The notes beneath the pieces were generated by a model that saw only the letters and a list, made by a program, of their open reading frames with translations, did no database searches and had not been told where the DNA came from. Of a DNA stretch of 47,614 nucleotides, positions 26,775 through 35,365 are shown piece after piece (position 1 is the first letter of the stretch; every line of letters begins with the position of its first letter). The translations under genes were made by a program, and so were the position numbers. The DNA comes from Hyphomicrobiales bacterium (GTDB lineage Bacteria; Pseudomonadota; Alphaproteobacteria; Rhizobiales; Rhizobiaceae), in the NCBI GenBank assembly GCA_024224595.1, contig JAAENI010000898.1, forward strand, positions 1 to 47,614. The letters run 5' to 3'.

Positions 26775-27639
26775 AGAGAGCCTCCATCAGATTAGCATTG
26801 GTTTCATCGATATTTTTATTGAATTCATCGAGTGAGAAGACGACTTCACGAATGCGCGGCTCGTAGGTGCCTGCTTCAACTTCAGCCAGACAACGATCGT
26901 ACTCCTCGCGGTCGATTGGTTTCCATTTCACTATGTCGCCCGGTTTGAAGAAAACCATGAAATCCTTCAAATAAGTTGTCTTCTGCTCTGGGTCATAGAT
27001 CGGCATAGGTGTAACGCCGAACATTTGATATCCGCCGGCACCTCGCACTGAATAGATGCACGAGAAGCAACCGCCATAACCCACCGTCAGTTTTGGTGTG
27101 TCGGTACGGGGGCGGAGGTATTTTGGAACCTGAATTTGTCGGTCACGATCCACCATTTGATAAAGGAATGGGAGGCCGGACACGAACCCAACCATCGACA
27201 CAAACCATGGAGAACCAGAATGGGCCTCTATGAATTCATCTACTGATTTGAAGCCGTTGATTTCGGCCGCATACTCAATGTCCGTAGAATTCGGATCTTG
27301 ATGACGTTCGCGAAACCGCATCAATGTCTCATGTGTCCATGGGTCTTGATAATAGACAGGGATTTCGACGATGCGGGTGTTTAGAACCGGTTCGGCCTGA
27401 TCCGCCGTTTCTTCCATACGCTGAAGCTCCGCCATGAGATCATCAGGGTGGATTTGATCTGGATTGAATTTAATCTGAAATGAAGCATTTGCCGGGCAGA
27501 TTTCAGTGACGCCTTTAATATTGGCATCCCGCACTGCATTGGTCATTGAGAGCGTTTTAAAAAACGCCTCAAGCGACATCTCTTCGCTGACTTCCACAAA
27601 GATGTGTTCGTCGGCTCCGAATGTAAATCTCGACGCCAT
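26764..27639 (-). CDS. PxpB/KipI-like protein ('allophanate hydrolase subunit 1'), long form
   Basis: The ORF is 291 aa. It contains ..FGADEHIFVEVSEEMSLE.., ..WFVSMVGFVSGLPFLY.., ..GGCFSCIYSVRGAGGYQMFG.. (a cyclophilin-like fold signature shared with the urea carboxylase CT domain). It starts 2 nt after the biotin carboxylase stop. Confidence 0.85.
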   Translation of the reverse strand: MASRFTFGADEHIFVEVSEEMSLEAFFKTLSMTNAVRDANIKGVTEICPANASFQIKFNPDQIHPDDLMAELQRMEETADQAEPVLNTRIVEIPVYYQDPWTHETLMRFRERHQDPNSTDIEYAAEINGFKSVDEFIEAHSGSPWFVSMVGFVSGLPFLYQMVDRDRQIQVPKYLRPRTDTPKLTVGYGGCFSCIYSVRGAGGYQMFGVTPMPIYDPEQKTTYLKDFMVFFKPGDIVKWKPIDREEYDRCLAEVEAGTYEPRIREVVFSLDEFNKNIDETNANLMEALYAD

Positions 27640-27641
27640 AA

Positions 27642-29021
27642 TTATAAGCCTCCTTTACTGCTGAGTTTATTTGAATTGGCTTCAAGCCATGGCTCAAGCC
27701 ACTTGGTATGCACGTTTCCAGACTTGACTTCCGGGTCATCGGCTAATGCCAGAAACAAGGGAACTGTTGTTTTGAGATCTCCAAGTTTCAACTCACTTAC
27801 AGCACGCGTCAGGCGAGTGATCGCGGCTTCCCTATTGTCGGCATGAACTATCAGTTTGCCCAAAAGTGAATCGTAGAAAGGTGGAATCTGATAGCCTTGG
27901 TAGAGGAAATGATCAAAACGAACGCCGGGTCCTCCAGGCGCGCGCATTTCACCAACTATTCCCGGGAACGGCGCGAAGTTATTAGATGGGTCTTCAGCGT
28001 TGATCCGCACTTCGATTGCATGACCACGCACAACAATATCGTTTTGCGTTACAGAAAGCGGTTCACCACCGGCGATTCTGATCATTTCAGCCAGGAGATC
28101 GATACCGACGATTGCTTCGGTTACCGGATGTTCAACCTGAATTCGAGTGTTCATCTCAATAAAGTAAAATTCTCCTGACTTGTCATCGTAGAGATACTCA
28201 ACGGTGCCGGCGCCGCGATAGTTTACGGCTTTGGCTAATGCTACAGCTGAAGAGCAAAGTTTCTCACGCACTTCATCTGTAAGAGCAGAAGAGGGGGCCT
28301 CTTCCCAAACTTTTTGACGGCGTCGTTGTAGGGAACATTCGCGCTCATAACAATGAACAAAATTCTGACCGTCACCAAGAATTTGAACTTCGATGTGGCG
28401 GGCGTCATCAATGAGTTTTTCAAGATAGAGACTACCGTCACCAAACGCTGCTTTTGCTTCGGTCGATGCTTGTGGCGCAAGTGTTGCAAACTCTTCAGCA
28501 TTTTCCGCAACACGAATACCACGACCACCGCCGCCAGCGGTTGCCTTGATCATCACAGGATATCCTATTGAAGCTGCAAGCGTTTGCGCGACTTCCATAT
28601 CATCTATGACACCATCACTGCCCGGAACTGTAGGGACATTTGCGCTTTGCGCGGCCCTGCGGGCAGAGGCTTTATCCCCCATCGAGCGGATCATTTCGCC
28701 GGTTGGGCCGACGAATGCCATTCCTGCAGCTTCTACGGCATCGGCAAAATTCGCATTCTCCGCCAGGAATCCATATCCTGGATGAACTGCATCGGCACCT
28801 GTATCTTTGGCAGCTTTTAAGACCGCCTCGACGTTGAGATATGATTTTGCGGCTGAAGCCGGGCCTATTTCGACAGCTTCGTCAGCCATTTCAACAGCTA
28901 AAGAACTTGCGTCAGCCGCGCTATAAACCTGAACTGTTTTGATGCCGAGTTCTTTTGCTGCACGAATGATGCGGACAGCAATTTCACCCCTATTGGCAAT
29001 GAGAAGTTTGTTAATTGACAT
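27642..29021 (-). CDS. biotin carboxylase (AccC-like, ATP-grasp)
   Basis: The ORF is 459 aa. It contains MSINKLLIANRGEIAVRIIRAAKELGI.., ..HPGYGFLAENANFA.., ..GGGGRGIRV.., ..EMNTRIQVEHPVTE.. Confidence 0.93.
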   Translation of the reverse strand: MSINKLLIANRGEIAVRIIRAAKELGIKTVQVYSAADASSLAVEMADEAVEIGPASAAKSYLNVEAVLKAAKDTGADAVHPGYGFLAENANFADAVEAAGMAFVGPTGEMIRSMGDKASARRAAQSANVPTVPGSDGVIDDMEVAQTLAASIGYPVMIKATAGGGGRGIRVAENAEEFATLAPQASTEAKAAFGDGSLYLEKLIDDARHIEVQILGDGQNFVHCYERECSLQRRRQKVWEEAPSSALTDEVREKLCSSAVALAKAVNYRGAGTVEYLYDDKSGEFYFIEMNTRIQVEHPVTEAIVGIDLLAEMIRIAGGEPLSVTQNDIVVRGHAIEVRINAEDPSNNFAPFPGIVGEMRAPGGPGVRFDHFLYQGYQIPPFYDSLLGKLIVHADNREAAITRLTRAVSELKLGDLKTTVPLFLALADDPEVKSGNVHTKWLEPWLEANSNKLSSKGGL

Positions 29022-29033
29022 AGGTAGAACCGA

Positions 29034-29276
29034 TCACCCTTCTATCACGGCTAAGACTTGGCCAGGCATGATCGCATCCGCGTCATCCACTTCGAAGGAA
29101 ATGATTTTGCCCGCCGTATCTACTGAGACCGGTGTGAAGGTTTTCATGACCTCTATAAGACCAATTACATCACCAACTTCAACAGTATCTCCAATTTCTT
29201 TGTAGTTAGGCTCTTCAGGCGAGGGCTTGCGATAAAACATACCTGGCAGCTGAGAGCGAATTTCGTGTTTAGCCAT
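29034..29276 (-). CDS. minimal biotin carboxyl carrier protein (biotinyl domain only)
   Basis: The ORF is 80 aa. The biotinyl-lysine context is ..GLIEVMKTFTPV.. An AAGGAG RBS lies 7 nt upstream of the ATG. Confidence 0.85.
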   Translation of the reverse strand: MAKHEIRSQLPGMFYRKPSPEEPNYKEIGDTVEVGDVIGLIEVMKTFTPVSVDTAGKIISFEVDDADAIMPGQVLAVIEG

Positions 29277-29309
29277 GATAAACTCCTTAAGTTTTGGATT
29301 GGCTGCGCT

Positions 29310-30041
29310 TTATGCGTCAGCCAAATGTTCCGAGAGGGCCTCTTTGACCGCTTGTGCGATCTCCAAGACATTAGGCGTATCGGAATGAATGCAAACTGTT
29401 TCTGCACGGACAGGGCTTTCGACTCCGGATACACTGACAACGATCCTATCACGAACAGCCCGAAGCGCCTTTTCGGCAACTATTGCAGGATCAAGTGTCG
29501 GATGTTCCCTGGTGATCAAAAGATTGCCATTGTCATCATAATCCAGATCAGCGAAATACTCTGCACGAAATTCCAGGCCACGAGCGGTATAGATTTCTTC
29601 ATGCAGTGTTCCGCTTAATCCGAATATCGGAACATCGAGATGTTCTGATGCGTCACAGATTGCATGGGCAATATGCTCTTGCCGGGCAGCCATCCCATAA
29701 AGAGAGCCGTGCGGTTTGAGATGAGCAAGCGGGACACCAGCGATCTTTAGAAATTCATTCAGAGCACCAATCTGATAAATAACGATATTGGCCATCTCCT
29801 CGCGGTCAATCTTCATCTCTCGGCGACCAAAGCCGGCCAAATCGGGAAGTGAAAAATGCGCGCCTACCTTTACATTGTGCTTCTTGGCGAGTTCCACTGT
29901 TGTTCGTATATGGTTAGGATCTGATCCGTGAAAGCCACAGGCTACATTAGCCTCTGTGATATACGGCATGATGCCTTCATCATTGCCCATTTTATAGAGG
30001 CTAAAGCTTTCACCCATGTCGCAGTTAATATCGATTGCCAT
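29310..30041 (-). CDS. PxpA / LamB-YcsF family lactam-hydrolase subunit
   Basis: The ORF is 243 aa. It contains MAIDINCDMGESF.., ..ANVACGFHGSDP.., ..GAHFSLPDLAGFGRREM.., ..HLKPHGSLYG.. Confidence 0.9.
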   Translation of the reverse strand: MAIDINCDMGESFSLYKMGNDEGIMPYITEANVACGFHGSDPNHIRTTVELAKKHNVKVGAHFSLPDLAGFGRREMKIDREEMANIVIYQIGALNEFLKIAGVPLAHLKPHGSLYGMAARQEHIAHAICDASEHLDVPIFGLSGTLHEEIYTARGLEFRAEYFADLDYDDNGNLLITREHPTLDPAIVAEKALRAVRDRIVVSVSGVESPVRAETVCIHSDTPNVLEIAQAVKEALSEHLADA

Positions 30042-30051
30042 GTTCTGATTC

Positions 30052-31080
30052 CTAATCCTTCAGTGATGCGACGTATCGAAGCCGGATTTGATCGGCGATC
30101 ACGGCCAAGATGAGCAGGGAGCCAAGAACGACTGTCTGCAAATAGGATTCAATTCGAGCGAGGTTCATGCCATTTTGGACAAGACCAATGAAGATAGCAC
30201 CCATAATTACGCTTTCCAGCCGGCCAACACCGCCTCGCATGCTCACCCCTGCGATCACGCATGCGGCAATTGACTGGAGGGGCATTGAAGCACCAATATT
30301 GGCTTCACCGGTATCAAGTCTGGCGGTGAGCAACATCCCCGCAACCGCAGTTAATGCTGCGCAAAGGACATAGGTAGTGAAGAGCGTCAAACGAGTATTT
30401 ATTCCAGACAGCTCAGCGGCTTTTATGTTCCCACCTACGGCGTAGAAGTAGCGTCCAAAACGGGTTCGATAGAGAAAGACGTAGAGCAACACGGCTATTA
30501 TAGCGGCCACATACAGGGGCGAGGGTATGCCGATAAAAGTACCGAACCCGAAGGTGTCACCAAAGGATTGTGGCATTCCATAGACCGGCACCCCGCCGGT
30601 CAGGAAAAGGGCGATGCCAAAACCCACGGATGTCATGCCAAGAGACATCATGAAGGGAGAAACGCCGAAGAAGGCGACACCGATACCGTTGGAAACACCA
30701 ATCATCGTTCCAGCGGCGATGCCTGCAAAACAGCCTAGCAATATTGCCAGCCAAACTGCATCGGGCATCGCGGTATAAACCGTCGCCATGGTGAGTGCAC
30801 CAACAACCGAGGTGAGGGCAAGAGTCGTTCCTACCGAGAGATCAAACCCGCCTGTTAGCAAGGCTAACATTTGGCCCATTGAAACAATGGTCAGGTAGAC
30901 CGATTGTCTCAACACGTTCATGAGGTTTTTACTGGTCATGAAATTATCTGACATTGAAGTGAATACAACCAATGCGATCACCAGCAGTATCGGCAATATG
31001 CCCAGTTTTACAAAGAGGCGTTTTAGAAAAGTTCCAAACGACTGTGCCGGTTTTGGATGCGCAATAGTTGAACTCGACAT
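30052..31080 (-). CDS. ABC transporter permease (RbsC/AraH-type, CUT2 family)
   Basis: The ORF is 342 aa and multi-TM. It contains ..NLMNVLRQSVYLTIVSMGQMLALLTGGFDLSVG.. Its start overlaps the ATPase stop (ATGA-type junction). Confidence 0.9.
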   Translation of the reverse strand: MSSSTIAHPKPAQSFGTFLKRLFVKLGILPILLVIALVVFTSMSDNFMTSKNLMNVLRQSVYLTIVSMGQMLALLTGGFDLSVGTTLALTSVVGALTMATVYTAMPDAVWLAILLGCFAGIAAGTMIGVSNGIGVAFFGVSPFMMSLGMTSVGFGIALFLTGGVPVYGMPQSFGDTFGFGTFIGIPSPLYVAAIIAVLLYVFLYRTRFGRYFYAVGGNIKAAELSGINTRLTLFTTYVLCAALTAVAGMLLTARLDTGEANIGASMPLQSIAACVIAGVSMRGGVGRLESVIMGAIFIGLVQNGMNLARIESYLQTVVLGSLLILAVIADQIRLRYVASLKD

Positions 31081-32648
31081 TATGCGGGGCCCTTTTCGAA
31101 GAAATTTGAAAGCACGTTTTCTTCTGTAATTTCTTCACCCACCAACTCCGCCTGGATTCGACCCTGGTAAAAAACATATGCTCGATTAGTAAGGTTTAAG
31201 ACTTCCGGAAGGTCCGAAGAAATGAGAAGAATTGCTGCGCCGTTGGCACAAAGTTCAGCAATGAATTCATAAATCGCAGCTCTTGTTCCAACATCGACGC
31301 CGACTGTTGGTTCATCAAAAACAATGAAATCAAATTTACGCGTCAGGCTTCGTGCCAGCATGAGTTTTTGTTGATTGCCACCAGAAAACATGCCTGCGTC
31401 TCTTTCGCTTTTGCGGGGCGACAAGTTGAGGCGCTCAGTAAGCTGATCAACGATCTTAGCCTCGCCTTTTTTGCTCAGGAATACCCCCCCTAATTTGGAA
31501 AAAGGTGCTATATCTAACGAAGCAATTGAGATGTTTTCGCGAGCAGGACGCATCATCATCAAACCGTCTTTGCGGCGATCTGACGGCAGATACATGAATC
31601 CTCGCTTCAACATGGCTTTAGTTTTTGGTTTTGCGATTTTCTCCCCTTTGAATGTTATCGAACCACTCTCAATGTCTAAGGCTCCAAAACAGGCTTGAGC
31701 AAACTTTGATTTTCCTGACCCCACCAATCCAGCAAAACCCACAATCTCGCCTCTGCGAACTGTCACAGATGCGCCGTTCACCGAACCATCGATGGTAATC
31801 AAGTCATCAACCTCAAGCGCCATCTCGCCGGGTTCAAAATTGATATTGGGAAAAATCTGTCCGATCTCACGACCGGTCATCAGGTCTACAAGCTTGTCTT
31901 CTGATGAGGATCTGGCATCCACTGTTTCGATATATTTACCGTCCCGAAGAATAGTAATCCGATCTCCTATCTCCTTGATCTCGGCCATCCGGTGGGTGAT
32001 GTAGATGATGCCGACATTTTGTGTCTTAAGCCGATTGATCAACTTAAACAGCTGCTCAGTTTCGTGGTTGGTCAACGAGGCTGTTGGTTCATCAAGAATT
32101 AAAACTGACAGGTTAGACCTGAAAGCCTTGGCAATTTCCACCATCTGCTGTTCAGCGCGCGTCAGGTTATCCACACGTGTGGTTGGAGACAGATGGAAAT
32201 CGAGGCTCTCTAGAATTTCTTTCGCATTTTCTCTTTGTGCTTTGGGTTGCAAAAAACCCTTCTTTGTGGGCTCAGCACCCAAGAACATATTTTCAGCAAT
32301 AGTCATTTGCGGGATTAGCGAAAACTCCTGAAACACTGCACTAATTCCCAATTCCCGCGCAGCATGAACACCAGCCAGCTCAACGATATTACCATTGAAA
32401 AGTATCTGGCCAGCTGTTGGCATATTTGCTCCCGCAAGCATGGAAATTAATGTTGATTTTCCCGCACCATTCTCACCGAACAGCACATGGACTTCGCCCG
32501 CATTGAGTTTGAAGTTCATCTCGTCCAGCGCACGAATTCCAGGGTAATCTTTGGTCAATCCGACAGTCTCAAGGAGGGAGCACGCACCATCACGGCGCGC
32601 GCTCTCTTCAAGTCGTTTGCTGGGACTAATCCCGCCTAGCTCCTGCAT
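31080..32648 (-). CDS. ABC transporter ATP-binding protein with duplicated ATPase domains (RbsA-type)
   Basis: The ORF is 522 aa. It has two Walker A motifs (GENGAGKST, GLVGSGKSK) and signature motifs (..FSGGNQQK..). It starts 2 nt after the binding-protein stop. Confidence 0.92.
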   Translation of the reverse strand: MQELGGISPSKRLEESARRDGACSLLETVGLTKDYPGIRALDEMNFKLNAGEVHVLFGENGAGKSTLISMLAGANMPTAGQILFNGNIVELAGVHAARELGISAVFQEFSLIPQMTIAENMFLGAEPTKKGFLQPKAQRENAKEILESLDFHLSPTTRVDNLTRAEQQMVEIAKAFRSNLSVLILDEPTASLTNHETEQLFKLINRLKTQNVGIIYITHRMAEIKEIGDRITILRDGKYIETVDARSSSEDKLVDLMTGREIGQIFPNINFEPGEMALEVDDLITIDGSVNGASVTVRRGEIVGFAGLVGSGKSKFAQACFGALDIESGSITFKGEKIAKPKTKAMLKRGFMYLPSDRRKDGLMMMRPARENISIASLDIAPFSKLGGVFLSKKGEAKIVDQLTERLNLSPRKSERDAGMFSGGNQQKLMLARSLTRKFDFIVFDEPTVGVDVGTRAAIYEFIAELCANGAAILLISSDLPEVLNLTNRAYVFYQGRIQAELVGEEITEENVLSNFFEKGPA

Positions 32649-32649
32649 A

Positions 32650-33723
32650 TTATTCCACTCGGAATACTGGCTTGAAGCCGTTTGGAGCCAAAGTGGAGGT
32701 AGGGTCGAAGTCTTTTACATTGTCACCGCTGACAACATAAAGCTTTGGACCAACGTGTTTTTCATAAGGCTTGCCATCGAGAACACGTACAGCAATGTCA
32801 ACTGCGATACGGCCTTGAACCGCTGTGGAGTCCGTTGGAGCAGCCAAAATCTGGCCACGTTTGATGCCTTGGTACACACCAGGTGTGAAATAGTAGGCAG
32901 CAATTTTGACATTGTCAGTGAGATCTTGCGAACGAAGGATTGGAACTGCAGCTTCAGCAGTCACAGCTGTACCAACGATGTATTTGAGATCTGGGTGGGT
33001 TGTCAAAGTGTCTTCAACCAGTTTGGCCTGAACCTCCTTGCCTGTATCACCATATTTGGTTTCGACGAGTTCAATGTCGCTGCCTTTGATGGCTTCAGCA
33101 AAACCAGAGTTACCAGCTTCAACCCAACCAGCACCGGCTGGTCCAGGGAACCATGCCACTTTAACTTTGCCAGAACCTGCCGGGTGGAGTTTTGCGAGGT
33201 ATTCTCCTGTCTTGGCGCCCATTTCGCCGAACGAAACGAGTGATTTCGCAGTTAACTCCATTGAATTGATGCCGTTGATGACGTCAATCACTGGAATACC
33301 TTTGCCTGCAATTTCTTTTACAAGATTGGCGATACCGTCGGCAGAAATGGCACCGATGATGACCGCTTTGGCACCAGCAGCAACGCAGTCTTCAATTTGT
33401 GAAATCTGTTTGTTGAGTTCGGTGTAACCACCTGCTTCGACAACCTGCACTTTTACACCGAGTCGTTTGGCTTCTTCGGTAACACCGTAGTTCACACCCA
33501 GCCAATAGGCATCCTTCATGTGTGGAAAGGAAACGCAAATCTCATGTTTTGTTGATGCTTTTTCGAGTGCTTCATATTTGATGTCCTTGCGTGGACTTTT
33601 CATATTGAATGCTGGCTCCCAAACCTGAACAGGATATGGAAACCAGTTTTCTGCCGAAACAGAACTGACAGCGCTGGCGGTGATTGCCGCAGTCGCCATT
33701 AGACCAAGTATGATCTTTCTCAT
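32650..33723 (-). CDS. periplasmic substrate-binding protein, TorT-like branch of the type I (sugar-type) PBP fold
   Basis: The ORF is 357 aa with a signal peptide MRKIILGLMATAAITASAVSSVSA. The segments ..ICVSFPHMKDAYWLGVNYGVTEEAKRLGVKVQVVEAGGYTELNKQISQIEDCV.. and the C-terminal ..APNGFKPVFRV closely resemble my recollection of E. coli TorT (..ALYPSLKDSYWLSLNYG..VLEAGGY.. and ..SPGGFRPVY..). Confidence 0.82.
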   Translation of the reverse strand: MRKIILGLMATAAITASAVSSVSAENWFPYPVQVWEPAFNMKSPRKDIKYEALEKASTKHEICVSFPHMKDAYWLGVNYGVTEEAKRLGVKVQVVEAGGYTELNKQISQIEDCVAAGAKAVIIGAISADGIANLVKEIAGKGIPVIDVINGINSMELTAKSLVSFGEMGAKTGEYLAKLHPAGSGKVKVAWFPGPAGAGWVEAGNSGFAEAIKGSDIELVETKYGDTGKEVQAKLVEDTLTTHPDLKYIVGTAVTAEAAVPILRSQDLTDNVKIAAYYFTPGVYQGIKRGQILAAPTDSTAVQGRIAVDIAVRVLDGKPYEKHVGPKLYVVSGDNVKDFDPTSTLAPNGFKPVFRVE

Positions 33724-34090
33724 GATGTTACTCCCTTGAGAATTTCTTCTGGAGGTGAATTGAAAACCTCAAGCCACCGTTACCGCGACAATTCAGTCTT
33801 CTGACTTCTGACAAATTGCTGCCTTTTGATTTTCCAATAAATCAATCGTATAGTAAAATTCGAAATTGAAGTTATATTTATTGGTAATATCGATATAATG
33901 ATTGAAATTCCAAAATGAAATATTCGAACGGCATCTTTCAAATATTCAGAAATCATACTCCTTAAGTGTATATTTTTATGGAGTTTTAAGACCAAGTAAC
34001 CATATAATTGGCGTTGGAATTTTTGAAGCAATGCGATATGATCTGTAAAATGAGAATCGTATTTTACCATAGAGGATATTGTTTTTTCCG

Positions 34091-35014
34091 ATGGAGCCAA
34101 CATTTAGGCAACTTCGCTACATGATAGCCGCGGCCAGTGCGGGCCAAGTTTCAAAAGCTGCGATGGACATCAATGTGTCGCAATCTGTCATCACTACTGC
34201 CATCAAATCGTTGGAAGAAATTGTTGGAACGTCTCTATTTGAAAGACACTCATCTGGCATCACACTGACCTATGAAGGCAATCTGTTTTTAGAACATGCA
34301 CAGCATATAATTGACTCTGTTGAAGAAGCTGTTCGAATTCCGCGTCGTATTAAAGATGATGTTAAAGGTTCGATCAACCTTGCTGTTTCTTACACGGTTG
34401 CCGGCTACTTTTTGCCGAAACCTCTGGCACAGTTTTCCAGAGCATTCCCCAATGTGAAAATCAACCTGCATGAAGCTGATCGATCAACGATAGAAGAAGG
34501 GCTTATTGCAAGCGGGTTTGATTTAGCTGTGTTGTTAACGTCGAACATCATCAATCACGAAGAACTTTCTCATGTTACTTTGATGCGATCACGACGCAGG
34601 CTCTGGGTAAATACCCATCATAAATTTCTTAAGCAGCAATCTGTAACGCTTCAGGATATTTCGGAAGAACCTTATATCATGTTAACCATAGATGAGGCCA
34701 GTAATACCGCTCAAAGCTACTGGAACAAGACGCCTTACAAACCTGAAACATTGTTTAGAACGTCGTCTGTAGAAGCTGTTCGGAGCATGGTAGCCAATGG
34801 CATGGGCATTTGCATTCTTTCCGACATGGTTTACCGGCCATGGTCACTTGAAGGACGGCGTGTTGAGGTGATCGAAGTTTCAGAAAAAATTCCTACGATG
34901 GATGTTGGTCTGGCTTGGTCAAACAACGCCGTTCATAATGAAGCCGCAAAGGCTTTCATTGAATTCATCCATCTCTCAATTGGCCCCGAACAGCCTTCAG
35001 TCTCAAATATCTGA
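34091..35014 (+). CDS. LysR-family transcriptional regulator, divergent from the ABC/biotin-enzyme operon
   Basis: Track start 34079 is TTG. ATG 34091 gives MEPTFRQLRYMIAAASAGQVSKAAMDINVSQSVITTAIKSLEE.., a LysR HTH followed by a substrate-binding domain. Confidence 0.88.
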   Translation: MEPTFRQLRYMIAAASAGQVSKAAMDINVSQSVITTAIKSLEEIVGTSLFERHSSGITLTYEGNLFLEHAQHIIDSVEEAVRIPRRIKDDVKGSINLAVSYTVAGYFLPKPLAQFSRAFPNVKINLHEADRSTIEEGLIASGFDLAVLLTSNIINHEELSHVTLMRSRRRLWVNTHHKFLKQQSVTLQDISEEPYIMLTIDEASNTAQSYWNKTPYKPETLFRTSSVEAVRSMVANGMGICILSDMVYRPWSLEGRRVEVIEVSEKIPTMDVGLAWSNNAVHNEAAKAFIEFIHLSIGPEQPSVSNI

Positions 35015-35184
35015 AATACAGATTATTCCATATTTGACCCATCTGAGTTGCAAATTGAAGTGGCCAACTTTGCACCGGGGAAGCATGAGCGCATTAATCA
35101 AGGCCCATTTTTGTCTTTGCAATCACCTGTATAACGCAGTGAACGTCTGTCATAGTCGTGCCGGGTGGTTTCAGTCCAAGCCAT
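35003..35184 (-). mobile_element. IS5-family (IS427/IS1031-like, DUF4096-type) transposase N-terminal relic, frameshifted and truncated
   Basis: My translation from ATG 35184 gives MAWTETTRHDYDRRSLRYTGDCKDKNGP*. Shifting frame in the A5 run gives ..KWALINALMLPRCKVGHFNLQLRWVKYGIICISDI*. This matches the recalled family N-terminus M.WTE.TR..Y.R..LRY.SDLTD.EWALI.PL.P..K..GRPR..DLR.V.NAILYI... It ends at the LysR stop. No DDE domain follows. Confidence 0.5.
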
Positions 35185-35365
35185 AGTGATCTTCTTCGGA
35201 TCTTTATACAATTCGATTGAATCACAAACTACCAGAATCATTCGACTTTGTTTTCATTTGGGCTCCCAAACAGCTATTGTTGTGTTGACCTGCAAGACTA
35301 CTGCACCTAAAACGCAGCTAAATTACCGCAATACTATCCTCGTCATGGTTTAATCTGGAAACAAT

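Noticed and set aside
33780-34103. A 107-aa minus-strand ORF in the LysR/transporter intergenic region.
   Set aside because: It is an AT-rich, Ile/Lys/Ser-biased low-complexity translation. It spans the divergent promoter region and overlaps the LysR start. No motifs are present.
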